A stretch of DNA of 63,912 bases, filler included, from Octopus bimaculoides (Eukaryota), in assembly GCF_001194135.2 (NCBI RefSeq). It is 8 parts of 8 records of this genome, joined end to end, with 100 filler letters (N's around TTAATTAATTAA, not from the genome) between each part and the next. Parts side by side here need not be neighbours in the genome. Positions count along the whole stretch, not along the records: positions 22,707 to 36,791 come from NC_068986.1; positions 36,892 to 41,874 come from NC_069002.1; 6 more parts are not named here. One strand, given 5' to 3'. The translations under genes were made by a program, and so were the position numbers. The notes under the pieces are model-generated. The model saw only the letters and a list, made by a program, of their open reading frames with translations. It did not search any database and had not been told where the DNA came from. This document shows positions 26,472 to 37,040 of the stretch, piece by piece. The first letter of the stretch is position 1. Each line of letters opens with the position of its first letter.

Positions 26472-26595
26472 CAGGGTGTCCACAAAGCCTGGGTACATGG
26501 GGATTAACACATACGTTAAGAAATTATTTCTTATATTTAATTGCTTATGTAATGATTTTATTTACTCCATGTACCCAGACCTTGTGGACACCCTG
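26472..26595. mobile_element. 124-bp Tc1/mariner-type MITE
   Basis: 29-bp TIRs cagggtgtccacaaagcctgggtacatgg / ccatgtacccagaccttgtggacaccctg; TA on both sides. Confidence 0.85.
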
Positions 26596-27486
26596 TATAT
26601 ATTTTCAGTCATTAAACAGTGGCAGCACTGCTTTCAGTATTGTCAACTACATCAAACCACATATACATTTCGACTCTAGAAAAAATGAAGAGTAAAGAGA
26701 ACTAAGCCAGGACCTGAACACAACATCTGCAGAGGAATGCAACCAACTACTACATTGTATTTGGTCCGATGTTATTAATTCTGTTGGATACATACAGACA
26801 GGCATGCACAGACACACTCACGTAGGCGATTCCCTGTAATACATTATCACAGAAGTTTGGTCTTAAAAGATTCCAAAACTAGACCATAGTGTCAGACAAG
26901 ATTATGAAATTTTTTAAAATGCTAAACCAATAGAATAGTGGAGTCCCTGCCTTCTGGCACTGGTTGCGAAACAAACACACATAACATAACTTGTAGAGCT
27001 GTGAGCTGCCAACAGATTTCTGTGTAGTTGCTCTTGATTTGCTTGAAAAATTAACTGAATCGCCTTCAGTTTACATCTTAACATCATAATAAAAAAAAAA
27101 AAGAAGGAAGGGCACAATAAAGTAGTTGACTATGTAAAGGAATTAATACGGGACTGGATGATCATGGTTGGAACACCTTGATCAAGAATGACATGAAGAC
27201 AAAATGAGTTATCTGAAACAATGATTTTGTATATGTATATATGCGTGTGTAACTATATATATNNNNNNNNNNNNNNNNNNNNNNNNNNNNNNNNNNNNNN
27301 NNNNNNNNNNNNNNNNNNNNNNNNNNNNNNNNNNNNNNNNNNNNNNNNNNNNNNNNNNNNNNNNNNNNNNNNNNNNNNNNNNNNNNNNNNNNNNNNNNNN
27401 NNNNNNNNNNNNNNNNNNNNNNNNNNNNNNNNNNNNNNNNNNNNNNNNNNNNNNNNNNNNNNNNNNNNNNNNNNNNNNNNNNNNNN

Positions 27487-27528
<42 letters not shown>

Positions 27529-27530
<2 letters not shown>

Positions 27531-27703
27531 TTTATTTAAAAGTAGCAGAAATATAACAAAACTGTCCGATGAACGGGAACGTGAAACTCCGAGTAACAGT
27601 CTTTTGTTATATTTCTGCTGCTTTTAAATAAAGCATATTACTCTACCTCTGGTATTTGAGTACTCTTTTTTCCACCTTGTTGCACATTTTATTTGCTTAC
27701 TCC

Positions 27704-27705
<2 letters not shown>
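27529..27705 (+). mobile_element. Hammerhead-bearing repeat with inverted 5' arm (Penelope-like insertion)
   Basis: About 37-bp inverted arms (ctttatttaaaagtagcagaaatataacaaaa / ttttgttatatttctgctgcttttaaataaag) enclose the ribozyme; TA-rich flanks. Confidence 0.65.
27561..27600 (+). ncRNA. Minimal type I hammerhead ribozyme motif (family H1)
   Basis: actgt-CCGATGA-ACG ggaa CGT-GAAA-CT ccg AG-TA-acagt. Stems I, II and III all pair; GUA cleavage triplet; U4C core variant. Confidence 0.75.
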
Positions 27706-27743
<38 letters not shown>

Positions 27744-29413
27744 CATATGCCACCAGCAAGACCACACAAACCAGAGTTATTTCCCATTACTTATCATTCG
27801 GCATGAATTTTGGGGATTAGTTTTAGGCAATTTTAGTCTGTCATTTACTAAATGGTGGTTGTCACTGCACCACCAATGGCATATAACATACATACACATC
27901 ATCATTTTTATGTCTGCTTTTCCAGGCTGGCATGAGTTGGACACGTCAATGAACAGACACACGGAGAGATGTGACTGGCTTTCCACACAGTTTACATCTT
28001 CCATAAATCAATCACAAGGTATTGATCAGTACAAGGCTTACATTAGAAGACACTTGGCCAGCATATTGCCCGGCCCAATCAAAACTCAAAGTTTGGAAAG
28101 TAAATCTCTCAACCACATGGCTAGGCCTTTAGATACACATGTACTGACATTTCTTTAAGCAGAAATAAATTTTAGGAATGTGCATTTCATCATCAAAATA
28201 CATTGCTGTGAATTAATCCATGGTTTGACTGTTACATGGAGACAAATGACATCCACAGAACATTGCCCCTTACTAGCTGACTTGTCGACCCCAGCTGACT
28301 CCCACCCAGCAGATTAACTGATGCCGTGATTTTATTATCAATGTCGACCTGGCACTGGCTGAAGGTACTATCATTAAAATAACTAATTCCATAACCATGT
28401 CTCTGGGCGGGTGGGGATGAGAACAAGGTGGGGCTGGAAGGTGAACCAAACAAACACTGAACTAGCATAAAATAAATTTAAAAAAAAGGAATATAAATTT
28501 TATTCTCTTGAGCTTAGAAAAGTTATATAGACATATATATACACACACACACGTTCTTTATTTTACTAACTTCAGTTATTGGGCTGTGGCCATGCTGTGG
28601 CACCACCTGTCTGCATGTTTCGTAAGAGAGAGCAAAGCAGGAATAAGGGAGTTAAAAAATAAGAGGGAAGAAAAAAAGGATGACAAGAGAATCAGAAAGG
28701 CTAATATACAGGGGAGAGATGGGGCTGAGATGCAGGGGGATTGAGAGAAACTAAGATAGGAAAGAGTCAGAGACAGAAGTGAGAGGAAGCGAGGGCTGGC
28801 AGCTCGGGTTAAAACACAAAGAAAGTAATAATAATTTAAAAAAAGACAGCTGGAGAAAGACAAGGAAACCAGACAGAAAAGGGTTTCTGGTGGTGCAAAT
28901 TGCATGTGCACAAAGGACCAATACATATATATATATCCAACCCTGATAGAGGTTTGTCTTACTGTGAACTTAAGAATTAAAACAACAACAAAAACAAAGA
29001 AAAAGGGTATTTGAAGAGGGTTGGTTTTATCAAGTGAGGAAGCACAGGGAGGGTTGCAACTGAAAGCAGAGCAGCAACCAGTGGAATATTACAATTAACA
29101 AGAAGCCTAGCGGTGTCATGGCTGTTGTTGTTGTTGTTGTNNNNNNNNNNNNNNNNNNNNNNNNNNNNNNNNNNNNNNNNNNNNNNNNNNNNNNNNNNNN
29201 NNNNNNNNNNNNNNNNNNNNNNNNNNNNNNNNNNNNNNNNNNNNNNNNNNNNNNNNNNNNNNNNNNNNNNNNNNNNNNNNNNNNNNNNNNNNNNNNNNNN
29301 NNNNNNNNNNNNNNNNNNNNNNNNNNNNNNNNNNNNNNNNNNNNNNNNNNNNNNNNNNNNNNNNNNNNNNNNNNNNNNNNNNNNNNNNNNNNNNNNNNNN
29401 NNNNNNNNNNNNN

Positions 29414-29445
<32 letters not shown>

Positions 29446-29481
29446 TAACAAAGTGCAGACAGAGGTTGTAGCTAATACAAA

Positions 29482-29643
29482 CTACTTCACAGTCTGAATG
29501 CTGCACTGTAACTGCATCTGGTTGAAACGCTGACGGAGTTTCTCTCGAAGTTCTTGTCGCAAGCGAAGGTTGGTTGTCTCATTCTCTCGGAATCTCTTAA
29601 TCTCTTCTTCTGAAATCACATCGTCCTCTGATAAATGAGAAGA
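29482..29643 (-). CDS. GGNBP2: GGNBP2-like, last coding exon
   Basis: Acceptor ttgtgtttcag; SSHLSEDDVISEEEIKRFRENETTNLRLRQELREKLRQRFNQMQLQCSIQTVK* (162 nt). Aligns without gaps to the recalled GGNBP2 C-terminal motif ISQDEIQSFMANNQSFYSNREQYRQHLKEKFN. Confidence 0.85.
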   Translation of the reverse strand, partial: SSHLSEDDVISEEEIKRFRENETTNLRLRQELREKLRQRFNQMQLQCSIQTVK

Positions 29644-29934
29644 CTGAAACACAACAGAAATAGAAAAGATAGACAGTCTAACGAGACACGATTACTTCCT
29701 CCTCACTACAGCTCTAAGTTTAATTAATTAGAAATTTTTATCTATTAATACAACAAAACATCTCTCACTCACATCCTTCTACTGTCTACTGTATCTACAT
29801 TACCATTCTGCTGCTCTTCATCTCTTTGCATCGTTGGACACCCCCACCCCTTAATACTTAACTTCATTCATTATAATCACTCTCTCACCCAATTCCCCTT
29901 CTCCTGCCCTCCCATGCATTTGTAACCTTCAAGC

Positions 29935-30135
29935 TGCAGGGGTGGTCTGTTGGTGGAATGAGAAAAACCAAACAGTACACACTGCAAAGTGGTTGGCATT
30001 AGGAAGAGCATCCGGCCGTGGAAACCATGTCAAAGTAAACTTTGTCAGAGCATGATGCAGGCCTTGAGCCCATCGGATCCTGTCAAAGCATCCAACCCAT
30101 GCCAGCCTGGAACATGAACCCTAAATGATGATAAG
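29935..30135 (+). mobile_element. Family C variant 3' end
   Basis: gtggttggcattaggaagagcatccggccgtggaaacc...tccaacccatgccagc. Confidence 0.6.
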
Positions 30136-30599
30136 ATACACACCCACACACATCATAATCATCATCATCATCCTTGCTTATGTGTCCACTTTTTCAACAT
30201 TGGCACGAGCTGGACAAGACTTATTGAGGATTGAACCCTTCCTGGTGCCAACAGTCATCAGTTTCTTAAGCAAGGTATTTATATTACACTGGTCTTCAAG
30301 CTAAATACACTCCAAGACTACAAAACCTCAGACCATCCTGAAATCACTGACATTCCCTTATCTAAGCTTGGAAGTAGTCATCATTTAAACCGATTCCTTA
30401 GACTTTTTTTCACAAGAAGATAAGTGTTAGCATGGATTGGATTGTCTAGGACAAAGGCCTCAGCATGTTTTCTCCACCGACCACAGTTTGGTGAGGAGGT
30501 TGGGAAATTGAGCTGGAGATGATACTGGTTTGATCAGCCTACTTTGCCACACTGGCTCAGCATGGCTTGGCAGAGAGAAGCAGTTTTTTTATTCTCTTA

Positions 30600-30780
30600 C
30601 CCAGGAACAGTTAAGTCAATTACACTGATCCCCAGTGCTCAACTGGTACTTATTTTATCAACTCTGAAAGGATGAAAGACAAAGTTGACCTCAATGGAAT
30701 TTGAACTCAGAATGTAAGGATGGACGAAATACTGCTAAGCATTCTGCCCAGCATGCTAGCCATTCTGCCAGCTCACAGCC
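30600..30780 (-). mobile_element. SINE family B
   Basis: gatgaaagacaaagttgacctcaatggaatttgaactcagaatg...tgccagctcac. Confidence 0.8.
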
Positions 30781-30786
30781 ATTGTA

Positions 30787-31010
30787 AACATCATCATTAT
30801 CATTTAATGTCCGCTTTTCATGCTGGCATGGGTTGGATGGTTTCACTGAGAACTGGCAAGCCGGGAGGCTGCACCAGGCTCCAATCTGATCTGGCAAGGT
30901 TTCTACAGCTGGATGCCCTTCTTAATGCCAACCATTCCAAGAATGTAGTGGGTGCTTTTACGTGCCACAGGCATGGAGGGGGCCAATCAGGCAGCACTGG
31001 CATAAACATA
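30787..31010 (-). mobile_element. RTE 3' end (family C)
   Basis: Tail, ctggatgcccttcttaatgccaacc motif and one hairpin unit. Confidence 0.8.
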
Positions 31011-31863
31011 AATAATATATTTCATGAGGAGTTCACTTTATAAATCTTCCAGGTTGTTGATCTACTCTTTAAAGGTGACTAATGACTTGTGAACATTATT
31101 CCACAGATGTCGTGGAACAGATGCAGCAAACTGTTCTCCTCAAGCTTTTTAGTCCATCACACCCTTTCAACATGTCCCACAATGTTAGTTTACCTTCCAC
31201 GTGACGAATATAATGTAATATGGCTGGGTAACCATAGAACAGACAGCAGACATACATTATTTGTCATTAAAGAGTTCAAATGCTGTCTTCATCAACTTTG
31301 CATTTCATCCTGTTGGGATCAATAAAATGTAGTAGAAATCAAATACTGAGGATGATACAATTTCCTCTTCTCGCCTCCAGCATTTCTGACTTTGTGCCTA
31401 CGTAAGAAAATTTAATCTTACATTTTTGATGAGAAGGCTAGACTTGGCTCCTTCTAACCAGTAACTAAATTGTAGACAGTTTTAGGGACACACCCACATA
31501 TCATCCTCAAATGACACATTCGCTCAAAATCTCTTTCTGATTATAAACATTGCTAAAAACAAACTCCTGTCTACAACAAATTCGTGGATGGTGAATAGCA
31601 AGACATTCTAAACACATAAATGTTATTTAGTTGGTTGCGATGACTTCAAAATTCCCAGACTTTTTTTTTTTTTACAAACCTCGCATAGTGTTACATTTTC
31701 TCTTGCACACTCCTACATGGACCCCTCGTTTCATGTAGACTCACTTAATTGGTTCATTGCTAAAATTTTTATTTTGAACACACCTGGTTTTAAATTAAGA
31801 AGTACCAGTNNNNNNNNNNTGATGGAAAAGTACTTATTGAAGAATTTTTTACTCCATTAGAAC

Positions 31864-31895
<32 letters not shown>

Positions 31896-31898
<3 letters not shown>

Positions 31899-32090
31899 CC
31901 TTTGTGCCGGTGGCACGGAAAAGCACCCACTACACTCTCGGAGTGGTTGGCGTTAGGAAGGGCATCCAGCTGTAGAAACTCTGCCAGATCAGATTGGAGC
32001 CTGGTGCAGCCTTCTGGCTTGCCAGTCCTCAGTCAAATCGTCCAACCCATGCTAGCATGGAAAGCGGATGTTAAATGATGATGATGATGA
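31896..32090 (+). mobile_element. RTE 3' end (family C)
   Basis: gtgccggtggcac...ggcgttaggaagggcatccagctgtagaaac...gttaaatgatgatg. Confidence 0.85.
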
Positions 32091-32319
32091 TACACACAGA
32101 CACACATGCATGTGCGAGAGAGTGCTGAAAAGTTCATGGCTTTAAAGGTATTGTGAAAGCCCAACCTTCCAAGTTCTACAGGGCTTAGAAAAACTGAAGG
32201 AGTGCTACAAGTGTGTGAATCTGAGAGGGGCATATGTTGAATAAAATCATAGTTAAATAATCGTCCTGTATTTTCTTTTACCCAAAGCCAGGAACTTTCA
32301 GCAACCCTCATGTGTGTGC

Positions 32320-32650
32320 ATCATCATCGTTTAACGTCAGCTTTCCATGCTGGCATGGGTTGGACGATTTGACTGAGGACTGAAGAGGGAGATGGCTGCA
32401 CCAGTCTCCAATCTGATCTGGCAGAGTTTCTACAGCTGGATGCTCTTCGTAATGCTAACCACTCCGAGAGTGTAGTGGGTGCTTTTTTACGTGCCACCGG
32501 TACGAGGGCCAGTCAGGCGGTACTGGCATTGGCCACCCTCAAATGGTGCTTTTTACATGCCGCCTGCACAAGAGCCAGTCCGGTGGCACTGGCAACAATA
32601 CTTGAATGGTGCTTTTTGATGTGCCACCAGCACGGGAGCCAGTCAACAAC
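32320..32650 (-). mobile_element. RTE 3' end (family C) with about 3 hairpin units
   Basis: Reverse family C match. Confidence 0.85.
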
Positions 32651-32741
32651 CCTGATATATATATATATATATATATATAAACAGGGCTTCAAACCAAATT
32701 TGAGTCTAGCTTTCACAAAGAAACAAATACACTACATAAAA

Positions 32742-32907
32742 GGCACAGGAGTGGCTGTGTGGTAAGTAGCTTGCTTACCAACCACATGGTTCCGGGTTAA
32801 TTCCCATTGCGTAGCACCTTGGGCAAGTGTCTTCTACTATAGCCTCAGCTGACCAAAGCCTTGTGGGTGGATTTGGTAAACGGAAACAGAAAGAAGCCCG
32901 TCATATA

Positions 32908-32948
<41 letters not shown>

Positions 32949-33189
32949 GTGCCTGTGTGTGTGTATATGTTTGTGTGTCTGTGTTTGTTCCCCCAACATC
33001 ACCTGACAACTGATGGTGGTGTGTTTAGGTCCCTGTAACTTACCGGTTTGGCAAAAGAAAGACCAATGGAATAAGTACTAGGCTTACAAAGAATAAGTCC
33101 TGGGGGTCGATTTGCTCAACTAAAGGCGGTGCTCCAGCATGGCTGCAGTCAAATGATTGAAAGAAGTAAATGAATAAAAGAGTAAAAGA
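32742..33189 (+). mobile_element. SINE family A, full length
   Basis: ggcacaggagtggctgtgtggtaag head, internal (TA)n(GT)n, tail ending taaaagagtaaaaga. Confidence 0.9.
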
Positions 33190-33194
33190 CTTAC

Positions 33195-33290
33195 ATCTAA
33201 CATATCTTGTAACGATAAGGTCTCTTTCTGAAGTCTTCTCTCAGGCCGTTTCTGGAAGTAGTACTCATTTCTGTTATTCAATTTATTACA
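33195..33290 (-). CDS. GGNBP2: GGNBP2-like, penultimate coding exon
   Basis: tctttttacag|...|gtaagt; 96 nt, phase 0/0; CNKLNNRNEYYFQKRPERRLQKETLSLQDMLD. SLQDMLD corresponds to the recalled GGNBP2 SLVELLD. Confidence 0.85.
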
Positions 33291-33699
33291 CTGTAAAAAG
33301 AATAAAATAATCTACAAAATCAAGTTGACAACTAATGATGGCCTCTCACAACCATTTTGATGTTGTGAGTGGCTCCAATTGTTTAATCAACAGATTTATT
33401 TACTCATTAAATTAACAGGGAAGAGGATAAAAATTCCCCAAATTTGTCATTAATATTACTTTGGGCAGAATTAGTTGGACATTGTTATAATGAGGTTAAG
33501 CCTTATCATTGGTCATCCTGCAGGCTCCCTAACAGATTCCATCAATACAGAGCATTTTCATAATAGGAAGTCCACAGCAATGAAGGAGTTGAGCCAGAGA
33601 CAATAAGGTAAACGGACAATAGAGATTAGGCAAAACAGAACTGATATGAATTGATCTAGTCCAGGGTGAACACTTTCTGTACACTCAGAAACTGGATAC

Positions 33700-34002
33700 A
33701 TCATCATCATCATCGTCGTTTAACGTCCGCCTTCCATGCTAGCATGGGTTGGACGATTTGACTGAGGACTGGTGAAACCGGATGGCAACACCAGGCTCCA
33801 ATCTAATTTGGCAGAGTTTCTACAGCTGGATGCCCTTCCTAACGCCAACCACTCAGAGAGTGTAGTGAGTGCTTTTACGTGTCCCCTGCACGAAAACGGC
33901 CACGCTCGAAATGGTGTCTTTTATGTGCCACCCACACAAGAGCCAGTCCAGGGGCACTGGCAACGATCTCGCTCGAAAACCCTACAAAGGCCAGTCAGGC
34001 GG

Positions 34003-34044
<42 letters not shown>

Positions 34045-34180
34045 TGTACGTATCGTCGTCGTCGTTTAACGTCCGCTTTCCATGCTAGCATGGGTTGGAC
34101 AATTTGACTGAGGACCGGTGAAACCAGATGGCTACACCAGGCTCCAATCTGATTTGGCAGTGTTTCTACGGCTGGATGCC
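33700..34180 (-). mobile_element. Two consecutive RTE 3' ends (family C)
   Basis: Copies at about 33700-34013 and 34052-34180. Confidence 0.85.
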
Positions 34181-34579
34181 CGCAACTGTATTGTCCAACA
34201 TGTCTCTCTTTCCAAGGCAGTACCATGCAGTTTTAATAAAATTTGGCTGTTATATGCGGAGAACTGTCGACAGTTCAAAAGAAGATTTTTTTTTTTTATT
34301 ACCTCAAATGATTTAACGGGGCAGTATGGACAACTATGTCTGTGTGTGCGTGTGCACATGAACACAGAGTGATCTCAAAGAGTTAGGTATGCCCTAAAAC
34401 CAAACACCACAATTATCTCATGTGACCTTTCATAAGCTGGTAGTCTTAGATATATTTGAGGTGGTGGTGGCGGGGGAGATGCAGTGTTCACAGGTAGAAC
34501 TAAAGATCTGCTCAATCACAGGTATCATATTTATTCTTTAAAGAAATCTTGAAATTTACCTTACAATTTATCACATTAA

Positions 34580-34799
34580 CCCTTTAGCATTCAGATTACT
34601 CTGACATATGTAAAGCCTGTTTAATTACATTGTTTTAAATTAATTGTACAGCATCTTGTCACTCTGAGATCTTGATGATGTCCCTGTTTATTTTAAAAAT
34701 TACTTTGTAGGGTAGGTGTGAGAAGTCAGAGCTGGCCGGTTTGAGCATAAAACAGGAAGACAATTTTGGCCTGATATGGCCGGTTTAAACACTAAAGGG
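34580..34799. mobile_element. piggyBac-type MITE (family 1)
   Basis: TTAA|ccctttagcatt ... aacactaaaggg|TTAA. Confidence 0.75.
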
Positions 34800-35083
34800 T
34801 TAACCACCACATGTATTACAGGTGTTCATTGCAAACTTCCCACATCTGCCATCTTCCAGTGGTACATTCTCATAATTTGAAAAAATATTTCATTCTGTAT
34901 CTTTGACATGGTTTTGAGAATATTTAAATAAAAATGAGAGCTAAATATTAAAGTTTAATTATGAAATAGTGTAAAAATGCAAAAAAGTACATTTCCTTGC
35001 AATTAAAAAGTATGCAGCATGACTGGAAATGTGTCGCATCACTGGTAAATTCCCATAACAGGCTGTAGCAGTTAATGTGTTAA

Positions 35084-35295
35084 CCCTTTTGATACCAACC
35101 TGGCTCTGGCGCTGTAGTACAAATGTCTCATTTTCCTAAGTTTTGAATTAAAATCTTCCACCAAACCTTAGTCACAACTTATGTTCCTAATACTCACTGA
35201 ATGATAACTAAGTTATTTTACTAAATTCTTTGTTACATTTAAAATTAATTGAAAAAAACAAAGAGCATCTCAACAGAAATATGGCAACAAAAGGG
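35084..35295. mobile_element. piggyBac-type MITE (family 2, copy 1)
   Basis: TTAA|cccttttgatacca ... tggcaacaaaaggg|TTAA. Confidence 0.8.
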
Positions 35296-35326
35296 TTAAA
35301 ATATACAATAGAGAAACAATTCTTAA

Positions 35327-35548
35327 CCCTTTCGATACCAACCTGGCTGAAACCACCTCTGACTCTGTAGTACAAATGTCTCATTTTCATAAGTTTTGAA
35401 TTAAAATCTTCCACCAAACCTTAGTCACAATTTATGTTCCTAACACTAGCTTAATGATAACTAAGTTATTTTACTAAATTCTTTGTTATATTTAAAATTA
35501 ATTGAAAGAAACACAGAGCATCTCAACAGAAATATGGTAACAAAAGGG
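35327..35548. mobile_element. piggyBac-type MITE (family 2, copy 2)
   Basis: TTAA|ccctttcgatacca ... tggtaacaaaaggg|TTAA; body closely similar to 35084-35295. Confidence 0.8.
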
Positions 35549-35745
35549 TTAAAGTAGATTTTCAGGACCTATGGCCAACCCAACACTGTATTATTCAAGC
35601 TGAAAAAGGAGCGTTTGTGCAGTTCCTCTAGCCAAAGAGGAGATCCTATGCAGCTGCACAAACTCCAAGAAATAACAGCCAAATTTCCAACAAATCTCAT
35701 AAAATGAGAAGGAAACATGCCTATCCAAGATAATGTAGTCTTAGA

Positions 35746-36130
35746 TTGTTGTTGGCACTCCGTCGCTTATGACGTCGAGGGTTCCAGTTGATCTGACCAA
35801 CGGAACAGCCTGCTTGTGAAATTAACGTGCAATGGCTGAGCACTCCACAGACACGTGTACTCTTAACGTAGTTCTCGGGGATATTCAGCGTGACACAGTG
35901 TGACAAGGTTGACCCTTTGAATTACAGGCACAACAGAAACAGGAAGTAAGAGTGAGAGAAAGTTGTGGTGAAAGAGTACAGCAGGGTTCGCCACCACACC
36001 CTGCTGGAGCCTTGTGGAGCTTTTAGGTGTTTTCGCTCAATAAACACTCACAACTCCTGGTCTGGGAATCGAAACCACAATCCTATGACTGCAAGTCCGC
36101 TGCCCTATCCACTGGGCCATTGCGCCTCCA
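35746..36130 (-). mobile_element. SINE family D, full length, with probable TSD
   Basis: tRNA-like head (tggcccagtgg A box, ggtttcgattcc B box); flanks tagtcttagat (35736) and tagtcttggat (36133). Confidence 0.85.
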
Positions 36131-36383
36131 CATAGTCTTGGATATACTGCAGCTTTCAAGATGATACAACAATGACAGCTTGAACACCATTGGTCAGAAA
36201 TCTACCCAATGAAAGTTCGCCTATGGTTAAAATAATAACAAACTTTACCAATAATAATCCTTGTTTTTAATTCAGTGCAGATCCCAGAATGCCAATCATT
36301 GCCAGAAAGATAATTTTTAAAGGAGATGATTAAGGTAAGATACAAAATTCTCAGCAAGGTATTATCAAGATTTATGAACTTAC

Positions 36384-36487
36384 CTGATCAGGAGACTGAT
36401 CCTTTAGAGTAGAATTTCGATTTACCCGACAATTATTCCAAGGGCTAAGACCTAGAGACACTGAATTTTCTAAACCATCACAGTCAC
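36384..36487 (-). CDS. GGNBP2: GGNBP2-like coding exon, third from the end
   Basis: atattttccag|...|gtaagt; 104 nt, phase 1/0; xDCDGLENSVSLGLSPWNNCRVNRNSTLKDQSPDQ; phase matches the 33290 acceptor. Confidence 0.75.
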
Positions 36488-36556
36488 CTGGAAAATATAT
36501 AAAAGCCATTAACCATATCACAAGAGTTTCAAACTGAAGTTATACACACACACACT

Positions 36557-36791
36557 TCATCATCATCATCATCATCATCGTTTAACGTCCGCTTTCCATG
36601 CTAGCATGGGTTGGACGATTTGACTGAGGACTGGTGAAACCGGATGGCAACACCAGGCTCCAGTCTGATTTGGCAGAGTTTCTACAGCTGGATGCCCTTC
36701 CTAACGCCAACCACTCAGAGAGTGTAGTGGGTGCTTTTACGTGTCACCCGCACGAAAACGGCCACGCTCGAAATGGTGTCTTTTATGTGCC
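36557..36791 (-). mobile_element. RTE 3' end (family C, young subfamily)
   Basis: Nearly identical to 33700-33930. Confidence 0.85.
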
Positions 36792-36967
36792 NNNNNNNNN
36801 NNNNNNNNNNNNNNNNNNNNNNNNNNNNNNNNNNNTTAATTAATTAANNNNNNNNNNNNNNNNNNNNNNNNNNNNNNNNNNNNNNNNNNNNACTACGCAC
36901 TTTTTCCGGCGCGAAAACTTTTCTGCCAGCTCACCGCCTCCATAAATAAATAAATAAATAAATATAT

Positions 36968-37040
<73 letters not shown>

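Noticed and set aside
31020-31400. Decayed RTE-like fragment (VGHVER on the minus strand)
   Set aside because: Only one short motif among many stops.
36060-36130. tRNA gene
   Set aside because: A and B boxes are present, but the sequence runs into a SINE body with a TSD. The same holds for all family A, B and D heads.
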